Source of the DNA: the human T2T-CHM13v2.0 reference genome, Homo sapiens
NCBI RefSeq assembly: GCF_009914755.1
Contig: NC_060929.1
Length of the DNA stretch: 64,000 nucleotides
Reading direction: 5' to 3' (one strand)
The notes under the pieces were generated by a model, which made no database searches, was not told the origin of the DNA, and saw only the letters and a program-made list of their open reading frames with translations. Position numbers and translations under genes: made by a program. How positions within the stretch are numbered: the stretch's first letter is position 1; every line of letters starts with the position of its first letter. Positions 14,424-26,633 of the stretch are shown piece after piece.

Positions 14424-17346
14424 TTTTAAAAGTCTGATTTTTAAAATTCAATTATTTTCTATAATTTGAGATCCCATATTTAACTGATGCATCTGGAATA
14501 TTTTTGTTATTGGGTCCAAGTGTCTGACTGGGCCACCTCTCACTCACCAGCTGCCGGCAACCACACCTCCAACTTCGTGGGTGGTCAAGCTGAGTCACTT
14601 CCAGCTGAGTGACTGGCATCCTCCTTCTCTGTGTTGCCCAAGCTAGAATCCTTGGAGTCACCTGATTTCCACTTTTGTTCTGTCTTTCACTACCCCCATC
14701 CACCCAGCCATGGAGTCCCAGTAGTTGTATATTCGTGGTTCGTCCCCCAGTTCTTTGGGGAAGAGTATATGCTGCTCTCTCTGCCTGGGACCCTTTTCCC
14801 ATTCCCACTCTGTCTGCCTCGTTCCTATGGGTCTATTGCACAGAGCCTGGTATGTCCTTGCTATGGGCCACTAAAGTGCTCCAACTTTCCAACCCTAATT
14901 ATCACACCCAATTGTAATATCCTGCTAATTTGTGTCCCTATGTCTCTCTTCATCATTAACGTAGAGACTGACAGTGCCTGGTATGTATAGGGTGCTCAAT
15001 ATGTTAGGTGTGTGAAAGAGCAAATAAATGAGTGAAAATGCCAATAAAATAGGAGTCATACCTAACCAGGTCCCAGCAGGGTCCGATTTAAATACTTTCC
15101 TACAGAATATGAAGGTAAAGGGGATAGCACATTACAATTCACGCTTTTTATGGGTGCCAAGAGGTCATGGATACCTTAGATTGGCTTGTTCACCTTCTGG
15201 TGACTGTTTTACCCTCCTTCTAGATGCCATTACTATAATGCAAAGGCTGGAAAAATAAAAACTACATTTTCCAGACTATCTTGTAGCCAATATTCTGGAT
15301 GTCAATATTCTGGATGTCAATTAGGTCTCACCAATTGGATATACTCTTGAGAGACAGGGAAGGCCGGAGTGAGGTGGAGGCCATTTTCCTGCTGCTATTT
15401 CTCCAGCCAAGCAAGGCCATCAAAACATGAGAACTCATCATTCCAGGACCCATCGCCAGTCTTGCGGGTGTCTGGAAGCAGTTGTGGCAGCAGTAATGCC
15501 AGTAGTGGGGGTGAAGGCAGAGGCTTCCTGGTTCTGAATCATCACTATAGCATTCTCTCATTCATTCTCTCTCTCCCTGTCTCTCTCTAATAGAGCCATT
15601 GGAGACTCCTGAATTAATTTCTTCAGTCTTTCTACCAATTTCCATAACCCCATCTTCCTGTTTAAAATACCTAGAGCGTTTCTATTTTCTGTACTGAACC
15701 ACTGCAGATACACAAGGGATACAAGAACTGGTTCCCCTGTTAGTGACCCAAGGAGCCTGCCTTGATCACTTGCAATTTTTCCCAGAGCAAAGGAAGCAAG
15801 AAATATTCCTAAGACTATGGGTGAGGCTGTGCTTACTGGTTATTTTATGGTTCTACAAGGGACTGATAAATCATTTCCATTATCTTTCTCCCCCACTTTT
15901 CAGCCACCTTTAAGACTATGTTAGAATAGGCCTCTTCGCTTAGCAATAAATGTGGCCAGTACTGGATAATTACACAGGGGGAAGCAAACATAAAACTACC
16001 TAGAGAAAATATAGGTGAATAATTCAGATCTTTCACAAATTAAGGGTACTTACAGATCAGTGAGAAAAAAACTAAAACCCGATTAAATATGTGCAAAATA
16101 CTTGAAAATAGGAAGAAAAATAGCCAAAAAAAGATGCTAAAATATTTAACCTATTTTTTATCAAATTTGCCAAGGTTTTAAAAGACTATTTAGAGTTTCA
16201 AATTCATAGTAAAATTAAGAGGAAGGTAGAGAGATTTCCCATATACTCCCTGTCCCCATGCATGCATAGACTCCCCCGTCATCAGCATCCCCTATCAGAG
16301 TGGTACATTTGTTGGTGAACCTACATTGACACATCATTCTCACCCAAAGGCCATAGTTTACATTAGGGTTCACTTTTTCTGTTGTACATTCTATGGGTTT
16401 AAACAAATGTATGACATGTATCTACCATTATGGTATCATATAGAATAGTTTCACTGCCCTAAGAACCCTCTGAACTCTGCCTATTCATCCCTTGCTCTCT
16501 CCTAATACCTGGCAACCACTGGTCTTTTTTACTGTTTCCTTTTCCAGAATGTCATAGAGTTAGAATCATACAGTATGTAGCCTCTTCAGATTGGCTTCTT
16601 TCACTTAGGAATACCCACTGAAGTTTCCTCGATGTGGAAACTTTGAGGATTGAGACTATGGATGAGGCTGTGCTTACTGGTTATTTTATGGTTCTATTTT
16701 ATGGGACTGATATATCATTTCCATTATCTCTATTTCCACTTTTCAGCCACCTTTAAGACTATGTTAGAATAGGCCTCTTCACTTAGCCTATTCTAAGGCT
16801 AAGTGAAGGAAAAAGGAAAAGCTTCCTTTTCGTGGCTTGATAGCTCATTTCTTTTTAGCACTGAATAATACTCTGTTGTCTGGAAGTACCACAATTTATT
16901 TATCCATTCACCTACTATAGAACTTCTTGTTTACTTCCAAGTTTTGGCAATTATGAATAAAGCTGCTGTATATATCCATGTGCAGTTTTTTGTGTGGACG
17001 TAAGTTTTTGACTCCTTTGGGTAAATACTAACGAGTGCACATGCCAGTGGTATGATGAGCATGTTTGATTTTGTAAGAAACTGCCAAACTGCCTTCCAAA
17101 GGGGCTGTACCATTTTGCATTCCCACCAGTGATGAATGAGAGTCCTGTTGCTCCACATCCTTGCCAAAATTTTGTGTTGTCAGTGCTCTGGATTTTGGCC
17201 ATTCTAACAGGCATACAGGGATGGTATCTCATTGGTGTTATAATTTGCATTTCCCTGATGACGTATGATGTGGAGCATGTTTTCATATGCTTACTTGCCA
17301 TTGTGGTATCTTTTTTGGTGAGATGTCTGTTAAGGTCTTGGTCCAT

Positions 17347-18957
17347 CTTTCTTTTTTGGTTTGTTTTCTTTTTTTATTTTTATTTTAGGTTTGGGGGTAC
17401 ATGTGAAGGTTTGTTACATAGGTAAATACATGCCATGGGAGTTTGTTGTACATATTATTACCTGACCCAGGTATTAAGCCCAGTACCCAGAAAAGTTATA
17501 TTTTTACTCATCTCCCTCCACCCACTCTCCCCCATCAAGTAGACCCCAGTGCCGAGACCAGCTTGGTTGGGGAGACCCTAACCCAGCAGCGCTAGATGAA
17601 TTAAATACACGCACACAGAAGTATAGCGTGTGGAGTGGGAAATCAGGGGACTCACAGCCTTCAGAGCTGAAAGCCCCAAACAGAGATTTACCCACATATT
17701 TACTGACAGCAAGCCAGTGATAAGCATTATTTCTATAGATTATAGATTAACTGAAAGTGTTCCTTATGGGAAACAAAGGGATGGGCCAAAATAAAGGGAT
17801 GGGTTGGGCTAGTTATCTGCAGCAGGAGCATGTCCTTAAGACACAGATCACTCATGCTATTGTTTGTGGTTCAGGAGTGCCTTTAAGCGGTTTTCCACCC
17901 TGGGTGGGCCAGGTGTTCCTTGCCCTCATTCCGGTAAACCCACAACCTTCAGTGTGCGCGTCATAGCCATCATGAACATGTCACAGTGCTACAGAGATTT
18001 TGTTTATGGCCGGTTTTGGGGCCAGTTTATGGCCAGATTTGGAGGCCTGTTCCCAACACCCCAGCGTCTGTTGTTTCCTTCTTTGTGTTCATAAGTTCTT
18101 ATTATTCAGCTCCCACTTATAAGTGAGAACATAGGGTAGTTGGTTTTCTGTTCCTGCATTAGTTTGCTCAGGATGATATCCTCCAGCTCCATTCATGTTC
18201 CCACAAAAGACATGATCTCTTTCTTTCTATGGCTGCATAATATTCCATGGTGTATAGGTACCACATTTTCTTTATCCAGTCTGTCATTGATGGGCATTTA
18301 GGTTGATTCCACATCTTTGCTATTGCCAACAGTGCTGCAATGAACATTCACATGCATGTGTCTTTATGGTAGAATGCTTTATATTCCTCTGGGTGTATAT
18401 CCAGTAATGGGATTGCTGGGTCGAATGGTACTTCTGCTTTTAGCTCTTCGAGGAATTGCCATACTGCTTTTCACAATGATTAAGCTAATTTATACTCCCA
18501 CCAACAGCGTATAAGAGTTCCCTTTTCTCCACAATCTTGAAAGCATCTGTTATTTTTTGACTTTTTAATAATAGCCATTCTGACTGGTGTGAGACGGTAT
18601 CTCATTATGGTTTTGATTTGCATTTTTCTAATGATCAGTGATGTTGAGCTTTTTTTCATATGCTTGTTGGTCGCATGTGTGTTTTCTTTTGAGATGTGTG
18701 TTCGTGTCCTTTGCCCACTTTTTAATAGGGTTGTTTATTTTTCTCTTGTAAATTTGTTTAAGTTCCCTACAAATGCTGGATGTTAGACCTTTGTCAGATG
18801 CATAGACTGCAAATATTTTCTCCCACTCTGTAGGTTGTCTGTTTACTCTGTTGATAGTTTCTTTTGCTGTGCAGAAGCTCTTAAGTTTAATGAGATTCCA
18901 TTTGTCAATTTTTGCTTTTGTTGTGATTGCTTTTGGTGTCTTTGTCATGAAATCTTT
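17347..18957 (-). mobile_element. 5'-truncated L1P (late L1PA/L1PB-like) nested in L1M
   Basis: gggggtacatgtgaaggtttgttacatagg 3' end. ORF2 remnant [36 protein letters not shown]-like ttggtcca on both flanks. Confidence 0.85.
17550..18058 (-). mobile_element. MER9 solo LTR (HERV-K HML-3)
   Basis: Reverse complement begins tgttgggaacaggcc...aaatctggccataaactggcccc. 509 bp. Perfect 6-bp TSD ccccag. Confidence 0.88.
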
Positions 18958-19002
18958 TGGTCCACTTTTCACTCATTGTCTGTTTATTTTTATTGTTGAG
19001 GG

Positions 19003-19320
<318 letters not shown>

Positions 19321-19334
19321 TAAGAGTTCTTTGT

Positions 19335-19697
19335 TATCTTAGTTTGTTTGGCTGCTATATCAAAATACTATAGATTGGGTGGCTTATAAACAAGAGAAAT
19401 CTATTTTTCACAGTTCTGGAGGCAGACAAGTCTAAGACCAAGGCACCAACAGATTTGGTGTCTGGTGAAGGCTCACTTTCTGGCCCATAGACAGCTGTCT
19501 TCTTGCTGTGTCTTCACATAGCAGAAGGGGAGGGGGAGCTCTCTAGGATATCTTTTGGGGAACTAATCCTGTTCATGAGGGCTCTACCCTCATGACTTAA
19601 TCACCTCCCAAAGGCCACATCTACAAATATGATTACATTAGGAATTAGAGTTTAACATATGAATTTTGGAAGGACACAAATGTTTTCTCTATAGCAT
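19335..19697 (-). mobile_element. MLT1A-like MaLR LTR
   Basis: tcttagtttgtttggctgctat...gggtggcttataaacaa...cacagttctggaggc. Confidence 0.8.
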
Positions 19698-19965
19698 TTG
19701 CATATTTTGGATAACAGACCTTTATCAGATATTTCTTTTGCAAATATTTTCTCCTAGTCTGTGGCTTTTTAAACAAATTTTTTCATTCTCTGAGCAAAAA
19801 TTCTTTAAAAAGTGGTAGTAGTAAGAGCTGGTGGGGCTGTGTTACTTTATACTGTTACTTATACATCTCATGTACACCACTATAAACTTCTAAATTGGTT
19901 AATTTTCTAAATGTAAGTTTGATGATATTTATTAGAAATCTTTAAAATATTCATTCCCTTAAATC

Positions 19966-20176
19966 AACGGTTCTCAACGGGGAGCAGTTTTGCCCCTTGG
20001 GGAGCATTTGGTAATGTGTGGACATGTTACTAGTTTTCACGACGGGTTGGGGAGTACTACTGTCATTTAGTGGGTAGAGACCAGGGATGCTGCTCAACAT
20101 CCTGTAATGCAAAAGGGCAGCCCCCACAAAAACTAGGCAGCCCCAAATGTCAATAGTGTCAAGGTCGAGATACCAT
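19966..20176. mobile_element. MER20 (hAT-Charlie)
   Basis: gttctcaac...ttttgcccc...agggatgctgctcaacatcct...ccaaatgtcaatagtg. Confidence 0.85.
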
Positions 20177-21378
20177 CTTGGACACAAGAGCTCTGTTTTA
20201 AGAATTTACCCAAATAAATAATTGAATGCACCTAAAGATTTATGCATTTACTCTTTTGGGGAGAGCAATAAGTCATCAGTAGTAAAAATGAAAATGTATG
20301 TACTCGATAAATTTTATAGGTATCCATCCTAGAAACACTGGCACATGTGTGCAAAAAGGCACAGATATAGATGTTCTTTTCAGCATTATTTTTACCAGCG
20401 ATATTTTGATAATAACTGCAATGTCAATCAATGGAGTAATAGTTAATGTACATGCGTGCTCTGAAAAGCAGAGTTTTGGCCATCCAACTTCCCACTACTC
20501 TTTTCTATGATCCTATCCTCCTGTGGGGTTCCTTCTTTACTGTGGATGGGCTTGGTGGAAGAACAATTCCCAGAACTCGTCTCATCCTGTGATTTCCCAG
20601 TTTAGAAACCAGAAAGGACTGATCCTTCCTCTACTGCCTCTTGGTTGAGCCAAGAGGAAGCCACATGGCCTAAGTCTAGCCAATCAGATGAGACATTAAA
20701 TCTGGAACAGATTTAATGGCAGAGTCAGAGAGATCATTAAGAATTAAATCTCTGAGTGGTGACAATCGTAGGTGTATATGGGGCAGAGGGGAGCTGACTT
20801 TTGACCTCATGGTTCCTGCTGACAGCACTGGGCTTCTATCACTTGATCCACTAGAAAAACTTTGGGTTCTGTTATTAAAAACATTGATGACAAGCCCTAG
20901 AAGCAGTCCATTAAATAGATACATTAGATCTCTGTGAGTTGCAAAGTATCCTAACTGATATGCTGGAGAATTACATGCAATAGTTAAAAAGAAATCTCAC
21001 CAGGACATATTAGTAAGTGGAAAATCAAGTTGCAGAATGTTCATTCACTTAAGGAATGTTTATTGTGCTTTTACCATTACTCGTTTCTGTACTCTGAACA
21101 AGATAGACCTGGTCCCTGCCCTCATGGAGCATTACTTAAGATAGCAAAATATTGGGAATAAATTGCCTAGCAATAGCGGGATGACAAATGCTGTTTATTA
21201 TGGCACATGTGTTATATGGAAAAATTTACAGCCGTTAAAAATAATGATTTTAATGATTGTAAATATGCTATTTGTACTATATATATACTAAGTGAAATAA
21301 GACTTAAAATTATTAACATGTATGTATATATACATAATCACTATATATAACAAAACAATTTAAAAATTACATACACAT

Positions 21379-21654
21379 GGCTGGGTGCGGTGGCTCACGC
21401 CTGTAATCCCAGCACTTTGGGAGGCCAAGGCGGGCAGGTCACAAGGTCAGGAGATCGAGACCATCTTGGCTAACACAGTGAAACCCCGTCTCTACTAGAA
21501 AATACAAAAGATTAGCCGGGCATGGTGGCGAGCTCCTGTAGTCCCAGCTACTCCGGAGGCTGAGGCAGGAGAATGGCGTGAACCCGGGAGGCGGGGCTTG
21601 CAGTGAGCCGAGATGGCGCCTCTGTACTCCAGCCTGGGCGACAGAGTGAGACTC

Positions 21655-21691
<37 letters not shown>

Positions 21692-21703
21692 ACAGACACA
21701 CAC
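21379..21703 (+). mobile_element. AluY-like whose tail is a (CA)n microsatellite
   Basis: gagatcgagaccatc, gaatggcgtgaacccgggaggcgg, then (CA)n. Confidence 0.9.
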
Positions 21704-21896
21704 AAAGCTGAGCTTCCCAAATCCAAAAATCTGAAACCCTAAATGCTCCAGAATCCAACTTTTTGAGCACCAATATGACGCTCAAGGGAACTGCCCATTG
21801 AAGCATTTTGGATTTGAGATGCTCAACAGCTAAGTATATTGCAAATATTCCAAAATCCAAAAAAATCTGAAATTTCAGATAAGGGATGTCAACTGT
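21704..21896. mobile_element. Tigger4a/MER46-like MITE
   Basis: aatccaaaaatctgaaa...aatgctcca...cagataagggatgtcaactgta. Confidence 0.75.
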
Positions 21897-22606
21897 ATAG
21901 AAACACACACACGTACACACACACACAAACACTTTTTTTTAAATTGCATGTGACCAACAAGAGATATACCACAATGCTAACAAGACTCATTTCTGAATGT
22001 TAGAATTAGAGATAATTTTTTATGTTTTCTAAATTGTGGCAACCTGTATATATTATTTGATGATTATAAATCTTATCATCTGTAACTATGAAGTTACTTA
22101 AGATAGATAGTAAAGCATTTGAAATTTTTAAACTTCATTTTATACATAACTATATTTTTTAAATGTCCCACAATAGGAATATCCTAGCTATATAAGCAAA
22201 CACATCTATGTAATGTATACATAAAACATATATGCTATTGAGTAAATACAAATGTGCCTGTCATCTTACTTTAATACATTTAAAACTTTTAGAGTCAAGT
22301 CAGAAGTGTTTGTGGTCTATGCTACCCTGAATCTCCCTTTGCTGGTCCCTGACCTATTAGAAGTTACCCGAGAGAATAAGGGCAATAGTTGGACTGATTT
22401 ATCTACTGATGCCAGGTTGGGAAGGGATAGCAAAGTGAGTGAGGTCAGCTGAGATAGGTGTGGTGTATCAGAAATTGACTGCATTTCTGGAATTATCTTT
22501 AAGTATGCTTTTCATCTGTTAGATAATGCACTCTTAAATCTTGTGTAAGTATACTCAAGGTGGGATGTGTGGAGCCTCTAACACAATCTCTTTTGTTTGG
22601 GGGCAG

Positions 22607-22716
22607 GCAAGGTAGGGCCTCCTCTTGACATCAAGCTGGGCGCATTGAACTGTACGGCTTTCAGCATCCAGTGGAAAATGCCAAGGCATCCTGGAAGTCC
22701 CATCCTTGGGTACACT
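22607..22716 (+). CDS. EGFLAM: EGFLAM (pikachurin) coding exon 2, start of FN3 domain 1 ((G)[36 protein letters not shown])
   Basis: ttttgtttgggggcag|GC AAG GTA ... TAC ACT|gtgagt. 110 nt, phase 1 to 0. Peptide matches the human pikachurin N-terminus as I recall it and has FN3 hallmarks (W..P, GY.V). Confidence 0.96.
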
Positions 22717-23784
22717 GTGAGTACACGGGCATGGGAGTTTCCTCGGTGGGTGTGTCGTGTGACTGTATGTCTTTCTCATCCTTGCTTTTTCTAGATATCT
22801 GTCCTTCCATATCAATAACTGCCCCATTCTCCCTCCATAAAGCTAGAAGAAATGTCCCGCTTTGGAGGGTATTTGTAAATGCCCTGAATGTCACATCACA
22901 TCTGCATTACTCACTTAGGATCTATCCAGTCCTTCCTCTGTTCAGCTGTGGGAAAATATAAACTAAAAGGACATGGTTTTTGCTATTCAGTTGCCTATAG
23001 TCAAATCTGGAGAATAAAGTAGGAACACGGGAAACAGGAAATCACTGTGGAATGTTGTCAACAAGTACAAAATAATGTAAAGTAAGAAGGTGGGGAGGCA
23101 AAATGGAGGAAGCACCAGAGAATGCATTCTTATCTATCAGAGGCTGCAAGTTGGGCTGATATCATTTCACCAAAATGTTTTCTTTGAATAGTGTTTTTAG
23201 AAATGAGTCAACTTTGAGAAGTCAAGACATTTCACATAATTGTTTGGAGTTGTGCACTCTCTGGGATATGGGGAGAGCTGGCCACACGGGGTCCACATTC
23301 CTCTCCACCTGCTGGAACTGAGCTGCTTATTTTAGCTGAAATGTAAGACCCCGGTACCACCCCAATCCCACCACCTGCTACTGTCTCCATTTCACCAAGG
23401 GACAGTAGCCGTTGATCATGGCCCTCATCCTATTGTTTTCTGAAAGTAGAGGAATATATCTCTGGGCTCATGTCTTATCAAAAGTGAGAAAATGAAAGAT
23501 TACCCAGGAGGCTCATGCATTTTGGGAAAAATAACACGAGCCATGTGCAGACCTCTGCATTTCACTTCATTGATATGTGTCTTCCTCCTGGACTCCTCAG
23601 GCTTCTGAGTTTGCAACACCCCCCACCCAACCCAAGTAGGTCTGATGTGTGTTCCCGCAGAACTAGTGCACGTGATGTTAGGCAACGCACCTCAGAGCCT
23701 GCTGCCACTGTGAGTGCAATTACAACCTTTGATCTTACACAAGCATGGGCTCTGCTCTCACCAGGGTGTCTGCATCTTTTCAAG

Positions 23785-23868
23785 GTCTTTTACTCTGAGG
23801 TTGGCGCAGATAAATCCCTGCAGGAGCAGTTGCACAGCGTGCCTCTCAGCCGGGACATCCCGACCACG
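23785..23868 (+). CDS. EGFLAM: EGFLAM coding exon 3 (VFYSEVGADKSLQEQLHSVPLSRDIPTT)
   Basis: tcttttcaag|GTC TTT ... ACC ACG|gtgagt. 84 nt, phase 0 to 0, in frame with exons 2 and 4. Confidence 0.96.
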
Positions 23869-26275
23869 GTGAGTCTTTCCATCCTGGCAGCCCACTCAAA
23901 AGCATGTGGGCACTATTCGGGCGGATTGCTGATTTGGTGTGTGTGCTACTGTACATGTAATAATAATAACTAATGCTTGTAATAGTCCTTTAGGATTTCC
24001 AAATGTCATTCATGTACATTTCCTCTGAACCATGCCATCTACATCTCTGGAAAACAGGCATCTGACGAAAGAGTCCTGGCGTAAACGCTTCCATCCTGGA
24101 CTCAACCCCATTTTATCATGCAAGAAAACTGCCACCTTACAGCTGGTTTTTCCCCTTCTTTTCTTCATAAAGTTCAGTTCTGTTTTTTTTAATCCCAATA
24201 AAAGCTTTATAAATAAATGTGATACATTTGTATCTTCCCAGCTGCCTGAAGACACAATGCAGAAGAAGAAGATGTAATTTGAAATGTATATTTAAAAGGT
24301 CCAAATTGTTTATTTTTTTTTCAAGCCCAGTGCCCCATCCTTCCACTAACCGATTGTTGGGTCCTCATCTATTTTCTTTTCTGTTTCTCATCAAGGTCTC
24401 TTGAGTGAATTTTTGGCCTTAGGCATCTTGAATTTTCTTTTCTTTCACTCCCCTCCTCCTTCCTAATTCTGCCACTACTCCAGGCTAGAGCCTTTTGAAT
24501 TGCTCTACAAGGAGTTAGCACCAGTGCTCATAACACTATTATAATGGTGGTGGTGGTGCTAACTCCTGTTTGATCCGTGCCTTCTGGCAGCAGCACCTGA
24601 GAGAAACCTGTTTGTCATCCATGATAAGGAACTATCACTTATTGAGCATCTGTTACCTGGCAGCCACCACCCTCTGTTTTACATTTGCTTTGCCACTTAA
24701 TCTTCACAACTATCCTATGACCTCATTTTACTGACAAGGATGCTGAGACTCGGAGAGGTGAAGTAACTTTTTTCAAGTCATACATTAGCGAGTAACAGCA
24801 TCAACTGTAAACTCAGAGCTGACTGACCTCTGAGCCCCTGCCCTTGCTGGTTCTACCAAAGCTCTCATGACTCAGAAGGAATAGATGCACATTTCCAGCT
24901 TGCTTTTATTTTGTATGACATGCTTTTAAGCTCAAAATAGACTTTTGCTTCGGCACCCAGCATTGGCCGCAGAAGCTGTCAACCCCAGCCTCTGTAGTTT
25001 ACTCTCTCAAGAAAGGGTGATGTGTTGGGTTGGAACTTTCAATAAGCTCATTGAACTCACCAAGGAGTCTGATTGTCCCTAGTAGTATCCCCAGCCACCC
25101 CAGCCTGGTGTCCTGCAGGGCTCACTGCTTGGCCTGGAACCCAGTCCAGGTATCAAGAGTGATACATGCCTTTGAGTCTAGACAGTGCCTCTGAAATTGA
25201 TATCCTGCCCATCACAGAACCTGGGCTGAATATTGGCATCTCTCTGAAGGTCACTGCTGTATATACCTAAACAAGGCTGGGAGGGAGACCAGCATTCTGG
25301 ACTTTTAGGCCTGTTTCTTCCATTTACAGGTTGGGTAATGTTGGTCAGAGTCACTTAACCTGTCTAAACCTCAACTTTTTTTCCTTGAAAGGGGTGTAAT
25401 AATTATTCTCTTGTGAGGATCAAATAAAAGCCATGTGGATGGTAGTTATCATTCCCAATGATTTATTTGTTAAATATATTCTCTCCATTATCAACATCTA
25501 GGCATTAGAGTATGCTATCAAATTCTGCATTTGATCATCTTGCCAATTTTGACAAACTTGCATAGGGGCTACTCTATGCCCAACACAAGACAACACACAG
25601 TCCCTGTTTGGAGGCAGCTTTCAGTCTTCTGAAAACCACATCCACACAGATAAAACAATTAGGGAGCAAAGTAAGATCAGATGTCGTTATTAACATGCTG
25701 CTTAGTAGACAGGGTTTGAAGAGGGATAGGTAGGTGAGTGTGAGAACAAATGGTCAAGAGGTGAAAGTTGGGACTGAGGACCAAAGCAGGAACTTTCTGC
25801 AAAGGCAGACTCAAGGGAGGGACATCCCAGTTGGAATGGTTTGAGCCCAGGGAATGAATGAGCATGAATGTGTCCACACATGCCTCTCTCTCTCTCAATC
25901 TCTGTGTGTGTGTGTGTTTGTATGTGTGTGTTTGGGGGGGTGGGGGGTGGGGGGTGGGGAGAGTTGCAGAATAAAGAGAATGAAAAGAGGAAATCAAGAC
26001 TAGACATAAAGGCAGTGATTCAGCAATGCAATGGGAGGAGTCTGATATAGCAGAATGGGTCCTGGATTCTGATGACTTGTGTTCAGATTTCTGCATTTCA
26101 ACAAAACAGCTGCTTAACCTTACTAGGTCTCAGTTTCCTCAGTGACATATATCATAGTGTGTCTTTGATTCCCAAACTGTGTGCCAGGGTGCTCCAGGGC
26201 TCTGCAGCAGGCTCACATGGGCACAGTAGAATAGTTAACATTTTTTAGGAAAACAGCAACATCTGTGTGAACTAC

Positions 26276-26633
26276 TGTATTAGTCCGTTCTCACGCTGCT
26301 AATAAAGGCATACTTGGCACTGGGTAATTTATAAAGAAAAGAGGTTTAAATGACTCACAGTTCTGCATGGCTGGGGAGGCCTCAGGAGACGTACAACCAT
26401 GGCGGAAGGCACCTCTTCACAGGGCAGCAGGAGAGGGAATGAGTGCTGAGTGAAGGGGGAAGCCCCTTATAAAATCATCAGCTCTTGTGAGAACTCACTC
26501 ACTATCACGAGAACAGCATGGGATAAACCACTTCCATGATTCAATTACCTCCAGCTGGTCCCACCCTTGACACATGGGGATTATTACAATTCAAGGTGAG
26601 ATTTGGGTGGAGACATAGAGCCAAACCATATCA
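26276..26633 (-). mobile_element. THE1 (MaLR) solo LTR nested in an older hAT-like element (about 26158-26769)
   Basis: tgtattagtccgttctcacgctgctaataaag...gagccaaaccatatca. TSD actac/actat. The outer element is flanked by tatatcata repeats. Confidence 0.88.

Noticed and set aside
16931-18972. Minus-strand ORFs resembling the L1 ORF2p C-terminus
   Set aside because: Frameshifted fragments of truncated, dead L1 copies, not genes.
23515-23973. 152-aa ORF as a stand-alone gene
   Set aside because: Only 23785-23868 is EGFLAM exon 3. The flanks are open intron.
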